From a bacterium (lineage in GTDB: Bacteria; Patescibacteriota; Saccharimonadia; Saccharimonadales; SZUA-47): DNA of 50,424 nucleotides. A program made the translations under genes and the position numbers. The stretch lies in contig JAUHWW010000004.1 of the NCBI GenBank assembly GCA_030427365.1, forward strand, positions 1-50,424. The letters run 5' to 3'. Shown here piece by piece: positions 28,245 through 36,821 of the stretch; position 1 is the stretch's first letter, and every line of letters begins with the position of its first letter. The notes beneath the pieces are model-generated. The model did not search any database. It had not been told where the DNA came from and saw only the letters and a program-made list of their open reading frames with translations.

Positions 28245-28664
28245 ATGACGCAGCGAAACAGCACTGACGTTGCTCTGTACACGGTCTTGACGCTCAGTAT
28301 TTACTTGCTTTTTTGGCTGAACGACATCAGAAATGAGATAAATGAACAGGCAGAAGACAGCACCATCCCGACTATGTGGTGGTTTATCGTGCCATTTGGA
28401 TCCTTCTGGTGGATGTGGCATTTTTCTAGGGAGCTCGAGCGCGTGAGCGAGCAGCGCATCGCCTATACTGATACGTTTCTATTGTTTTTACTGCTTTCTT
28501 TAGGTGGAAACCTTTTCTTTCAATTCAGCTCGTATTTTGACTCTTTCAGCTCGTTCATCTCGGTGTTTGTGATTGAAGCAGTGTTGAGCACTACGCTGCT
28601 TGCTATCTTTCCGTACGTCACGCAAAACCGAATCAACGCACTTTCTGGCGATTCGCAGACTTGA
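28245..28664 (+). CDS. DUF4234-like membrane protein (paralogue)
   Basis: TVLTLSIYLLFW...IPTMWWFIVP...QNRIN, similar to the preceding gene. Confidence 0.7.
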   Translation: MTQRNSTDVALYTVLTLSIYLLFWLNDIRNEINEQAEDSTIPTMWWFIVPFGSFWWMWHFSRELERVSEQRIAYTDTFLLFLLLSLGGNLFFQFSSYFDSFSSFISVFVIEAVLSTTLLAIFPYVTQNRINALSGDSQT

Positions 28665-28716
28665 TTTTTTGCCTCAACAGAGGTAGAATTGCATTTACGT
28701 TTCGTAAAAACGAGGC

Positions 28717-28793
28717 GGGCCATTAGCTCAGCTGGTTAGAGCATCGGCCTCTTAAGCCGAGTGTCCTGGGTTCGAGTCCCAGATGGCCCTCCA
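28717..28793 (+). tRNA. tRNA-Lys(CTT)
   Basis: Anticodon arm TCGGC-CTCTTAA-GCCGA; GGTTCGAGTCC; encoded CCA. Confidence 0.97.
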
Positions 28794-28864
28794 ATCAAAT
28801 AAGCTCCCTCGTGGGGCTTTTCTGATTGGAACTATTAACTAGGCTTGAACCCAGGTGTCCTGGG

Positions 28865-28950
28865 TGAAAACTGCCAGTGGAAGTTTGCAAGGAAATCTTC
28901 ACCTGAAAGTTTGCTTTCATGGCAGAAGTTTCGGGGTCGCCAAAGGTGAC
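28865..28950 (+). repeat. Three-hairpin tRNA-associated element, Lys copy (86 nt)
   Basis: Flanked by GTGTCCTGGG (28855-28864) and CGAGTCCCAGACGGCCCT (28951-28968), i.e. a tRNA-Lys 3' duplicate with the T-loop TT replaced. Confidence 0.88.
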
Positions 28951-28973
28951 CGAGTCCCAGACGGCCCTTCTTG

Positions 28974-29006
28974 CAAAAAAGCTCCTTGGAGACAAGGAGC
29001 TTTTTG
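28974..29006. terminator. Bidirectional intrinsic terminator
   Basis: AAAAAGCTCCTTG-GAGA-CAAGGAGCTTTTT. Confidence 0.85.
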
Positions 29007-29021
29007 TAATTTGACGCGAAA

Positions 29022-29483
29022 CTATTTTTTGCTAGCGTCCATATTTTCTTTCAGGAGCCAGCCACTGCCAGCAGTCATAACTGCTGATCCAAGAAGGCTA
29101 AGCCAGTAGCCAATATCGATGCTAACGACACCAATGCCATCTGTATCAGGGTAATCGATAAGCACCATGAGAAAAGCCAGCGCACTCACGCCAACCGCAA
29201 GATACAGCATATTCTTCTTGTCTTGGTTGAACACATTCAGCCCTGCAATCACTGCAACTGCAAGCAAGATAACTGGGAATACACCATTGGCGTCAAATCC
29301 ATTCGCCGAGTAGTTCAGTGCGCTGCCAAATAGTCCTCCGCCGTCTCCTACATCAACTGATACCCATGGTAAAAACATACCGATGAGTAATGCAATCGCA
29401 CCACCAACAAGCAGCATTAGTTTTTTGTCTTTTTTTACATCTTCGAGCGCCTTTGCAGCGTCAAATCCTTGTTTCTTCGCCAT
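29022..29483 (-). CDS. Hypothetical 4-TM membrane protein
   Basis: FLPWVS...NGF...IGYWL pattern; GAGGAGG RBS before MAKKQ. Confidence 0.8.
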   Translation of the reverse strand: MAKKQGFDAAKALEDVKKDKKLMLLVGGAIALLIGMFLPWVSVDVGDGGGLFGSALNYSANGFDANGVFPVILLAVAVIAGLNVFNQDKKNMLYLAVGVSALAFLMVLIDYPDTDGIGVVSIDIGYWLSLLGSAVMTAGSGWLLKENMDASKK

Positions 29484-29543
29484 ACGTGTCCTCCTCAAGA
29501 CCTTATGGACTGATTGTACCCCGCTTTTTCACTTGAAAGCAAG

Positions 29544-30791
29544 CTAGTCTCTTACGAGCAGGCGCCGAAGGTTAGCAATGAGGTACAGTGAGCCAGTAAT
29601 CACTTTCACGCCTTCTTTACGCTGCAATGCCTTTAGGGCAGCGTTTTGGTCCTCAAAAATTTCTACATTACTTATGCCGTGCTTCTGTGCGCTCTTGGCG
29701 AGATCTCTGGGATCAGTTGCACTAAACGGGGCATCTTGCACGCCTTGAAAGCACGTGACAAGCAATGATGCGCACAGTGGCTGCAGCACCTCCATCACGC
29801 CATCCATATCTTTTCCTTGCTTCATAGCAATCAAAAAGTGAGCCTGTTTGCCTGGAAATTTTGCCTTAAAACTTTCCGCAAACACTTGCATCTTTTGCTG
29901 ATTATGCGCGCCGTCGAGGATGAGTGGCCCATTGTGAGTCTCGATTAGCTCCATTCGGCCGGGCACCTTTAGCTGCTTCGTGTCAAACAAAACGAGTTCA
30001 AACCCATCACGATCAGCTATGTGCTGACAAGCTGCTTTCGCGAGTGCGAGATTACGCTGCTGAAACAGTTCAACGTTAGCATTACCGTCGAGTTTTTGTG
30101 GCTCGATTACGTGCAGCGTTGCATCAACATTTTCCGCGCGTGACCAAAACACATCTAACACCTCTTCTGGCTGCTGATGAGTGAAGGCCACGTTGCCTGA
30201 GTGCATAATGCCGGCTTTCTGGCGTGCTATCTCCGGCAACGTTATACCAAGGATCTCTGTATGATCGAACCCAATATCAGTGAGCACACACACTTTGTCC
30301 GCTCTTGAAACGACATTGGTGCTATCAAGTTTGCCGCCCAGACCAGTTTCTAAAACCACATAATCAACAGCCTCATGCATGCTCACCCAAAGTACGAACA
30401 CAATAAACAACTCAAAATAGCTGGGTTTTTCTTTGTCGATATCAATGAGCCGCAAAAACTTGTTGAGATACTCGCAGAATAGGTCCTCATTGATCGGCTG
30501 CCCTTCGATTTGCAGACGCTCACGAACATCAGACAGGTGGGGTGATACGGTGAGCACCGTTTTCTTACCACTTGCTCGTAGAAATGCGTCAACATAATAC
30601 GCTGTCGATGTTTTACCAGATGTTCCCGCAATGTGCACCGCGCGCACCTTCTCGTGCGGATTACCGACGGCTTTTAGTAGCGGCCACATACGATCAAGCG
30701 TCAACCCATCGCTCATATAGAGTTTTGAATTCGGCAAAAGGCTTCGAAAAAATTCTTCCGCTTCGGCAACTGTGCTTATCGATGACGCCAT
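29544..30791 (-). CDS. folC: Folylpolyglutamate synthase/dihydrofolate synthase
   Basis: HIAGTSGKTST, SPHL, ETGLGGKLDSTNV, DHTEILG, LDGAHN and TGSLY motifs. Confidence 0.93.
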   Translation of the reverse strand: MASSISTVAEAEEFFRSLLPNSKLYMSDGLTLDRMWPLLKAVGNPHEKVRAVHIAGTSGKTSTAYYVDAFLRASGKKTVLTVSPHLSDVRERLQIEGQPINEDLFCEYLNKFLRLIDIDKEKPSYFELFIVFVLWVSMHEAVDYVVLETGLGGKLDSTNVVSRADKVCVLTDIGFDHTEILGITLPEIARQKAGIMHSGNVAFTHQQPEEVLDVFWSRAENVDATLHVIEPQKLDGNANVELFQQRNLALAKAACQHIADRDGFELVLFDTKQLKVPGRMELIETHNGPLILDGAHNQQKMQVFAESFKAKFPGKQAHFLIAMKQGKDMDGVMEVLQPLCASLLVTCFQGVQDAPFSATDPRDLAKSAQKHGISNVEIFEDQNAALKALQRKEGVKVITGSLYLIANLRRLLVRD

Positions 30792-30798
30792 GATGTTC

Positions 30799-32268
30799 CT
30801 ATAACAGGGGTGCTGTTATGCGGGCGATACTCTCAAGTAGTTTTTTTCGAAATGGACGCTCAGCCCAGATTTTTTCTGTAATGTGACGCGATTTCTTCAG
30901 ATATGCTTGTTCAATAGCTGCCAGTTCCTGTACTTCTTTGTGGCCATAGACGATGACGTTAAGCTCTAAATCAAGTGCAAACGAGCGAACATCAAGATTG
31001 CTCGAGCCGATAACGGCAATACTGTCATCAATAATCAACTGTTTGTTATGTAAAAAAGCTGGCTTTTTATAATGATAAATATGCACCCCTGCGCTGAGAA
31101 GCTCTTCATAAAAAGAGCGTTGAGCATAGCCAGCTAAGGTTTTGTCGATGATTTCTGAGTTAATTAATGTCACTTCAACACCTCGCTGAGCGGCAGTTGT
31201 TAGTGCGTCTAGAAACGCATCATCGGGGATAAAATACGGGACCACGATACCAATTCGCTCACGCGCTGCATAAATCATCGAGGTGTAGAAGCGCAGATTG
31301 TTTTCCTCAATGTGGCTCGGACCACTTGGCAAAACCTGCAATAGTGCATCACCCGCCTTATCCGGCAGATCATCGTCTTCAACTAATTCTAGGAGTGGAT
31401 CCTGTGTCTCCTGATACCAGTCTGCACGGAACACATTGTTGAGCTGCCATACTGCTGGTCCAGCAATCTGCGCTGTCAACTCTTCATATCGTAAATCATC
31501 ACCGCGATGATAACTATCGCGAATGATATTCTGCGATCCGGTAAAGGCAACCTCACCATCGATGACAATGATTTTCCTATGATTGCGCAGATCGGGACGT
31601 GTGAAGTCTTTCCCGGGCAGCAAAGACAGCGGAATCATATGTCGCACTTCGATATTGTTTCTACTAAAGAACGTGATCATGTCCTTATAACCTGGGTAAC
31701 GGCGACAGACGAGCTTATCGATGAGCACCCGCACTTTTACGCCACGCGCACTTGCATGCCCAAGCGCCTTGAATACTGGCTCGGTTGCCGTATCTTTCGT
31801 CATGATGAAATATTCGAGATGAATGTACTTCTGAGCTTTTCCGATTTCGTTAGCAATAGTCTCAAGACTTTGCTTGTAGCCGGTGACGAAAGTGATGTCA
31901 TTGCCGGCCATTGGCGGCAAACCGCCCAGCTGCGTCGCGAGATGGCTCAACGTCTTGGCACTATCACTATCGGGTTCAGCAATAACGCCCTTGCTACCAC
32001 GCAAATCGTCAAGTTCTTTACGCGTCAGTCGATCTGTTTCACGCTGACGGGCGCGGCGCACCTTCGGCAATTTTGGGTCGGCAAACATAAAAAACAGTAG
32101 GCTGCCAATACTCGGAAGTAGCATGACTAAAAGCAGCCACGCGTTCGCTGCCGCTAACGTCCGCCCGCGACGCGGCACAATATAGAGCATCACAAGGCGA
32201 ATCATCCATTCAAAACCAAACCAGAAATAAAGGGCAATTTGCCACGTATTCGATGCTGCTTCTTCCAC
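30799..32268 (-). CDS. cls: Cardiolipin synthase
   Basis: Two N-terminal TMs; two HKD motifs (NHRKIIVID, LHNKQLIID); GSSNLDVRS. Confidence 0.93.
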   Translation of the reverse strand: MEEAASNTWQIALYFWFGFEWMIRLVMLYIVPRRGRTLAAANAWLLLVMLLPSIGSLLFFMFADPKLPKVRRARQRETDRLTRKELDDLRGSKGVIAEPDSDSAKTLSHLATQLGGLPPMAGNDITFVTGYKQSLETIANEIGKAQKYIHLEYFIMTKDTATEPVFKALGHASARGVKVRVLIDKLVCRRYPGYKDMITFFSRNNIEVRHMIPLSLLPGKDFTRPDLRNHRKIIVIDGEVAFTGSQNIIRDSYHRGDDLRYEELTAQIAGPAVWQLNNVFRADWYQETQDPLLELVEDDDLPDKAGDALLQVLPSGPSHIEENNLRFYTSMIYAARERIGIVVPYFIPDDAFLDALTTAAQRGVEVTLINSEIIDKTLAGYAQRSFYEELLSAGVHIYHYKKPAFLHNKQLIIDDSIAVIGSSNLDVRSFALDLELNVIVYGHKEVQELAAIEQAYLKKSRHITEKIWAERPFRKKLLESIARITAPLL

Positions 32269-32329
32269 TTATGTACTCCCTTTAGGATGCAATCCCAAGC
32301 CTACCATGACTTCACCTGAAATAGCTACC

Positions 32330-32923
32330 TCAGGAATTCTTCTTGCGATGTTTCGACGTACCACTACCCAGCTGACGTGGCTGTTTGTTGGCTTGTGCGG
32401 TGCGGTGCTTCTCTGCCTCTTCGATTGTTCGTGACAGCACATCAACGACCGTTCGTGCATGCTCAATACTCATACCGACTCGAGCGGCGGCAACTGGCTG
32501 CCCATTTACGCCAGCTCCCTGCATGAAATTCATAATGACGCCGTAATTATTGACCATCACTTGCAGCAAATCCGTGTATACAACAGGTTGTGACGCCGCA
32601 TTCGCATGCTGAACACTGTCGATAATGACGTTGCCGATATCGTCACTAGAAAACACACTCTCCAGCGACTGCATGCCGTGATAGCCAGCGAGCTTCCAAA
32701 GTTTATCAGCCGTTTCATCGCTTACGTCAAAATGCTGGATGAGCAAGAATAAGATGTCCTCACTTGGTCGCTCGACACCATTTTCATAGGCTTTGAGCGT
32801 CGATTCTTGAATCTCAACCGCACCAGACACCTCAGCCGGCGTGCGCGACTGCTGGGCACGAAGTTGCTTCAGTGCTTGACCGAAGTCAGCATATGGCGTT
32901 TTATTACTTGAATTACTTCCCAT
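32330..32923 (-). CDS. XRE-type HTH protein with DUF3467-like C-terminal domain
   Basis: FGQALKQLR...YENGVERPS HTH; C-terminal PVVYTD...VIMNFMQ...ARVGMSIEHA. Confidence 0.75.
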   Translation of the reverse strand: MGSNSSNKTPYADFGQALKQLRAQQSRTPAEVSGAVEIQESTLKAYENGVERPSEDILFLLIQHFDVSDETADKLWKLAGYHGMQSLESVFSSDDIGNVIIDSVQHANAASQPVVYTDLLQVMVNNYGVIMNFMQGAGVNGQPVAAARVGMSIEHARTVVDVLSRTIEEAEKHRTAQANKQPRQLGSGTSKHRKKNS

Positions 32924-32991
32924 GTAGACTCCTATTTTACCGCAGCCATCCCTGTCATAACAAGCCAATTCACGCTATACTGCATGTTCAT

Positions 32992-34047
32992 ATGAGCACA
33001 CAGATCCAGACGAACGTTGCGCTAGCACCGTATACCAGTTTTGGCGTGGGCGGTAATGCAGAAAAGTTTGCCAATCCGCAATCCGCAGATGAACTCATCA
33101 CCCTGCTCAAAGAACACCGCAGCGAGCAGATTTCGCTACTTGGCTATGGTAGCAATGCGCTTATTTCTGATGAAGGGGTGCCCGGGTTAACGATATTGCT
33201 GCGAAGCTCACATATCGAAGTTAACGGCGATGAAATTATCGCAGATAGCGGCGTATGGTGGGATGACGTCGTAACGACAGCCATAAAGAATGACCTGTGG
33301 GGCATCGAGTTGCTTAGCAAAGTACCAGGTAGCCTCGGAGCCGCTTTGTATATCAACATTGCTGCGTACGGTCAAACAATCGGGCCTCGCGTCAAGTGGA
33401 TCGATGTGTGGGACAGTGACACGCATGAGGTCCGCAGACTTGAAGCAAGCGCACTGACATGGTCATACAAGCAGTCGGTATTCCAGCAACCAGAAATGAA
33501 AAAATTGCTTATCGTCCGAGCGTGCCTTCACCTGTCACGCCAAAAAACTGATGAACTAACGTATCAAAAAGCACTCGACATCGCCGAAGAAAAACACCTC
33601 AACCCAGATGATTTGGTAGAGCGACGCGACATTGTCATAGAAGCGCGCAGACGCGCAGGCTCGTTATGGCATCCAAGTGACACATCAGCGCGCACTGCAG
33701 GTTCGTTTTTCCGTAATCCGCTCGTTACTGCCGAGCAGGCGGATGCAATTATCGCTCACGACGAATCGGGACTTGCAGCCGACGTCATTCGCAAGATGAA
33801 CCAAGCGCATGGCGGTGATGCACTACGCGTATCGGCCGCTCACGTTATGCTTGCTGCCGGGTTTCAGCGCGGTCAAATACTACATGATCACGTTCGTCTG
33901 CATGAGAAAAACCTCCTGAAACTTGAGACATTGCCGGGCGCAAAAGCCAGAGAAGTATATGAAGCGATGCGGCACATCCAAAAACAGGTCAAGGATACCC
34001 TCGGTATCGACCTTGAGCCAGAAGTGAAGTTGCTTGGGAAGTTCTAG
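32992..34047 (+). CDS. murB: UDP-N-acetylenolpyruvoylglucosamine reductase
   Basis: LAPYTSFGVGG, LGYGSN, PGSLG, AGSFFRNP and LEPEV motifs; start at ATG 32992 after TATACT. Confidence 0.93.
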   Translation: MSTQIQTNVALAPYTSFGVGGNAEKFANPQSADELITLLKEHRSEQISLLGYGSNALISDEGVPGLTILLRSSHIEVNGDEIIADSGVWWDDVVTTAIKNDLWGIELLSKVPGSLGAALYINIAAYGQTIGPRVKWIDVWDSDTHEVRRLEASALTWSYKQSVFQQPEMKKLLIVRACLHLSRQKTDELTYQKALDIAEEKHLNPDDLVERRDIVIEARRRAGSLWHPSDTSARTAGSFFRNPLVTAEQADAIIAHDESGLAADVIRKMNQAHGGDALRVSAAHVMLAAGFQRGQILHDHVRLHEKNLLKLETLPGAKAREVYEAMRHIQKQVKDTLGIDLEPEVKLLGKF

Positions 34048-34048
34048 C

Positions 34049-34726
34049 ATGAGAAAAGTATGGGAACAGACGCTCTCTCATATTCGTCAGCACTACCAGG
34101 CGATTTTCGTGCTTATCATGGCGACGTTTTTCATTCTTCTCGCTGCAAATTTTGTCATTGTTGGCCGCGAAAACTCCCGTGTATTTAGTCTCTCTGAGAG
34201 TGACGGCATTGCTGCACTAGACGACATCCGCATCGGTATCGTATTCGGCGGCGGTGTGCACTATGGACAGCCATTGCCACTGCTGACAGACCGGCTCGAA
34301 ACAGCAAAGAAGCTGCTCGATAACGGAACGGTAGACAAGCTCTTACTCTCAGGTGATAACCGAGAGGTGAGCTACAATGAGCCGCTTGCGATGATGGATT
34401 ATCTCATTGATAGGTTGCAAGTTGACCCATCCAAGCTTCAACCGGATTTCGCCGGACGAAGCACCTATGAAACATGCGAACGCGCTAAAAAAGTATTTAG
34501 CATTGACCGCGCCATATTGATTACCGAGTCAACCCACCTCCCACGCGCCATTTATTTATGCCGCCACTTCGACATTAACGCGTTCGGCGTAAGTAGCGAT
34601 GGAGAATCATCGTCCGGACCAAAAGTCGGCCAGTGTTGGCGTGAAGTCTGGGCCCGCTCGAAAGCCATTTTCAACGCATACGTTATCGGCGAAGACACGG
34701 TTTTAGGCGAGCAGATTGAGCTTTAG
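34049..34726 (+). CDS. SanA/YdcF (DUF218) family protein
   Basis: LLSGDN, YNEP, DFAGRSTYETCERAK, HLPRA and RE motifs. Confidence 0.9.
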   Translation: MRKVWEQTLSHIRQHYQAIFVLIMATFFILLAANFVIVGRENSRVFSLSESDGIAALDDIRIGIVFGGGVHYGQPLPLLTDRLETAKKLLDNGTVDKLLLSGDNREVSYNEPLAMMDYLIDRLQVDPSKLQPDFAGRSTYETCERAKKVFSIDRAILITESTHLPRAIYLCRHFDINAFGVSSDGESSSGPKVGQCWREVWARSKAIFNAYVIGEDTVLGEQIEL

Positions 34727-35247
34727 ATAAGTACTTTGAAAACCGGCAGCGGTGGTCTAAAACGTAAATCAAGCTGGTCAGTATCCGTGTCTCTTATTGC
34801 GGAAAGTCCAAGATGCGAGAAGTCTTGCTCTGGGTTACCGACTGTATATTCTTGGCCACCTTCGCCTTCAACCAGGTCAAAATAAAAACTTCCGTCTAAA
34901 CCGCCTCTGCCGAACCCATCAATTTGCCCAGCTCGACAAAGAGTATTTACTAAATCCCGCTTAGACTGGTCTAACTCGCTCGCCTCAGGACGGATGCCAA
35001 CAGGTACGACACCGAATGAACACCCCGTTAGGGATATCGGAAATTGAATAGTATCCGCTATTTCTATCCTGGGCGATCCGGACGTGAAAAAATCTGCTCG
35101 AAGATAAAACCCATCATTCACCTCAATGTATAGAGGATAGTGGCGCAGGTATCTACTAAATCCTCCCATCGAAGAAGGTTTCCACATAAAATGCTTCGTC
35201 AGGGGTTCAAGCTCTACCTGAGCTATTTCTTCTGCTGGATTAGCCAT
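34723..35247 (-). CDS. Hypothetical protein
   Basis: 174 aa ORF with no recognisable motif. Confidence 0.6.
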   Translation of the reverse strand: MANPAEEIAQVELEPLTKHFMWKPSSMGGFSRYLRHYPLYIEVNDGFYLRADFFTSGSPRIEIADTIQFPISLTGCSFGVVPVGIRPEASELDQSKRDLVNTLCRAGQIDGFGRGGLDGSFYFDLVEGEGGQEYTVGNPEQDFSHLGLSAIRDTDTDQLDLRFRPPLPVFKVLI

Positions 35248-35312
35248 GCAAGAAGGATAGATCTAATTAATGACCGATGCAAGCGTGAGCAGAATCGCGC
35301 TAAAACAAGTAG

Positions 35313-36590
35313 CTAGTTAGGTAATGGGAAGTCTTTGGTAAATTTCGTGATTTCTTTGTGGAGGTTCTTCAAATGCTTTTCATCGTCAGCGTGCTGCACT
35401 GCTTCGTCGATCCAGGCCGCGATCTGCTTCATTTCTTCTTCCGCCATGCCACGGGTGGTGAGCGCAGGCGTGCCAAGACGAATGCCTGACGGGTCAAAAG
35501 GGCTGCGCGGATCAAATGGAATGGTGTTTTTATTGACCGTAATGCCGGCTGTGCTTAGCGCTGATTCGGCTTCACGCCCCGAAAGACCCTTGCTATTCAT
35601 GTCAACAACCATAAGGTGCGTATCGGTTCCACCAGTAACGAGCTCAAAGCCTCTCGCTAGTAATTCTTCACTAAGCACTTTGGCGTTCTTGGCTACCTGA
35701 TGACCGTACTCTTTGAACTCTGGCTGCAAGGCCTGCTTCAACATCACCGCGATACCGGCTGTCTGGTGGTTGTGCGGACCACCCTGCAAGCCAGGAATGA
35801 TTGCGCGGTCAAGCAGCGTCGGGATATTCTCCTTAGTTTTCTCAACTTTTTTAAGCGGCGTCGAAGGGTTGCCATTGGCAAGAAGCAATGCACCGCGCGG
35901 GCCACGCAGCCCTTTGTGCGTCGTGCTCATCACGACATCAGCGATGCCAACCGGCGACGGATGATCGCCGCTCACCACTAAGGCGCTGATGTGTGAAATG
36001 TCGGCCAACAAGAACGAACCTACTTCGTCGGCTATTTCTCTCAGTTTTTGCCAATCAACAATGCGAGGGTACGCAGTGTAGCCACCAACAATAAGCTTCG
36101 GCTTATGCTCACGTGCCATCTTTGCTACTTCTTCATAGTCGATAAATCCGCTTTTATCTGTCTGATACTGCACCGAGTTATAAAGCGTCCCCGAAAAGTT
36201 CACTTTCAGTCCGTGTGTCATATGGCCGCCATAGAATAAATGCAATCCAAGCACGGTGTCGCCTGGTTCGAGCAAGGCAAAATACACCGCCTGATTAGCT
36301 GGTGAGCCTGAGTAGGCCTGCACGTTGGCGTGATCAACTCCGAACAGTTCTTTTGCTCTGGCAATCGCAATGCGCTCGACTTCATCAACAAATTCACAGC
36401 CGCCGTAATAACGGCCTCCCGGGTAGCCCTCAGAATATTTGTCAGTTAACCGACTGCCCAATACATCAAGTACGGCCTGTGAGGTGTGATTCTCGCTTGG
36501 AATCATTTCCAGGCCATCTGCCTGCCTTTTGGCCTCTTTTTTTGCTAACTCTTGGATTTCTTCATCTTTGATGAATGGAAAATCTTTCAT
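35313..36590 (-). CDS. glyA: Serine hydroxymethyltransferase
   Basis: MIPSEN, KYSEGYPGGRYYGG, GGHMTHG, STTHKGLRGPRG and SGIRLGTPA motifs. Confidence 0.98.
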   Translation of the reverse strand: MKDFPFIKDEEIQELAKKEAKRQADGLEMIPSENHTSQAVLDVLGSRLTDKYSEGYPGGRYYGGCEFVDEVERIAIARAKELFGVDHANVQAYSGSPANQAVYFALLEPGDTVLGLHLFYGGHMTHGLKVNFSGTLYNSVQYQTDKSGFIDYEEVAKMAREHKPKLIVGGYTAYPRIVDWQKLREIADEVGSFLLADISHISALVVSGDHPSPVGIADVVMSTTHKGLRGPRGALLLANGNPSTPLKKVEKTKENIPTLLDRAIIPGLQGGPHNHQTAGIAVMLKQALQPEFKEYGHQVAKNAKVLSEELLARGFELVTGGTDTHLMVVDMNSKGLSGREAESALSTAGITVNKNTIPFDPRSPFDPSGIRLGTPALTTRGMAEEEMKQIAAWIDEAVQHADDEKHLKNLHKEITKFTKDFPLPN

Positions 36591-36636
36591 AGTGTAACCC
36601 TCTCGTTTTCAGCATTAGTTCACTTCTACTTTGTAG

Positions 36637-36661
36637 CTAATTGCAAATTTCTTGCAATTAG
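36637..36661. promoter_or_regulatory. Perfect inverted repeat, candidate operator
   Basis: CTAATTGCAA-ATTTC-TTGCAATTAG between divergent glyA and HTH-murA. Confidence 0.4.
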
Positions 36662-36821
36662 AATTGTCTTGAAAGTATACGTGAAGCTAGATCATGGGGT
36701 TCAGTATACGCCAGCTGTTTCTATGCTCCTAGCGTAGAAAACACAATGAAACTTACAATATATGCATTTCGTGATATATTTTTGCATAATTATCGTTTAT
36801 TTAGTGCTATACTTGTTGCTT

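Noticed and set aside
31507-32100. 197-aa + strand ORF and similar antisense ORFs inside pgk, pyk, glyA and the kinase
   Set aside because: They lie fully opposite well-supported genes and have no motifs.
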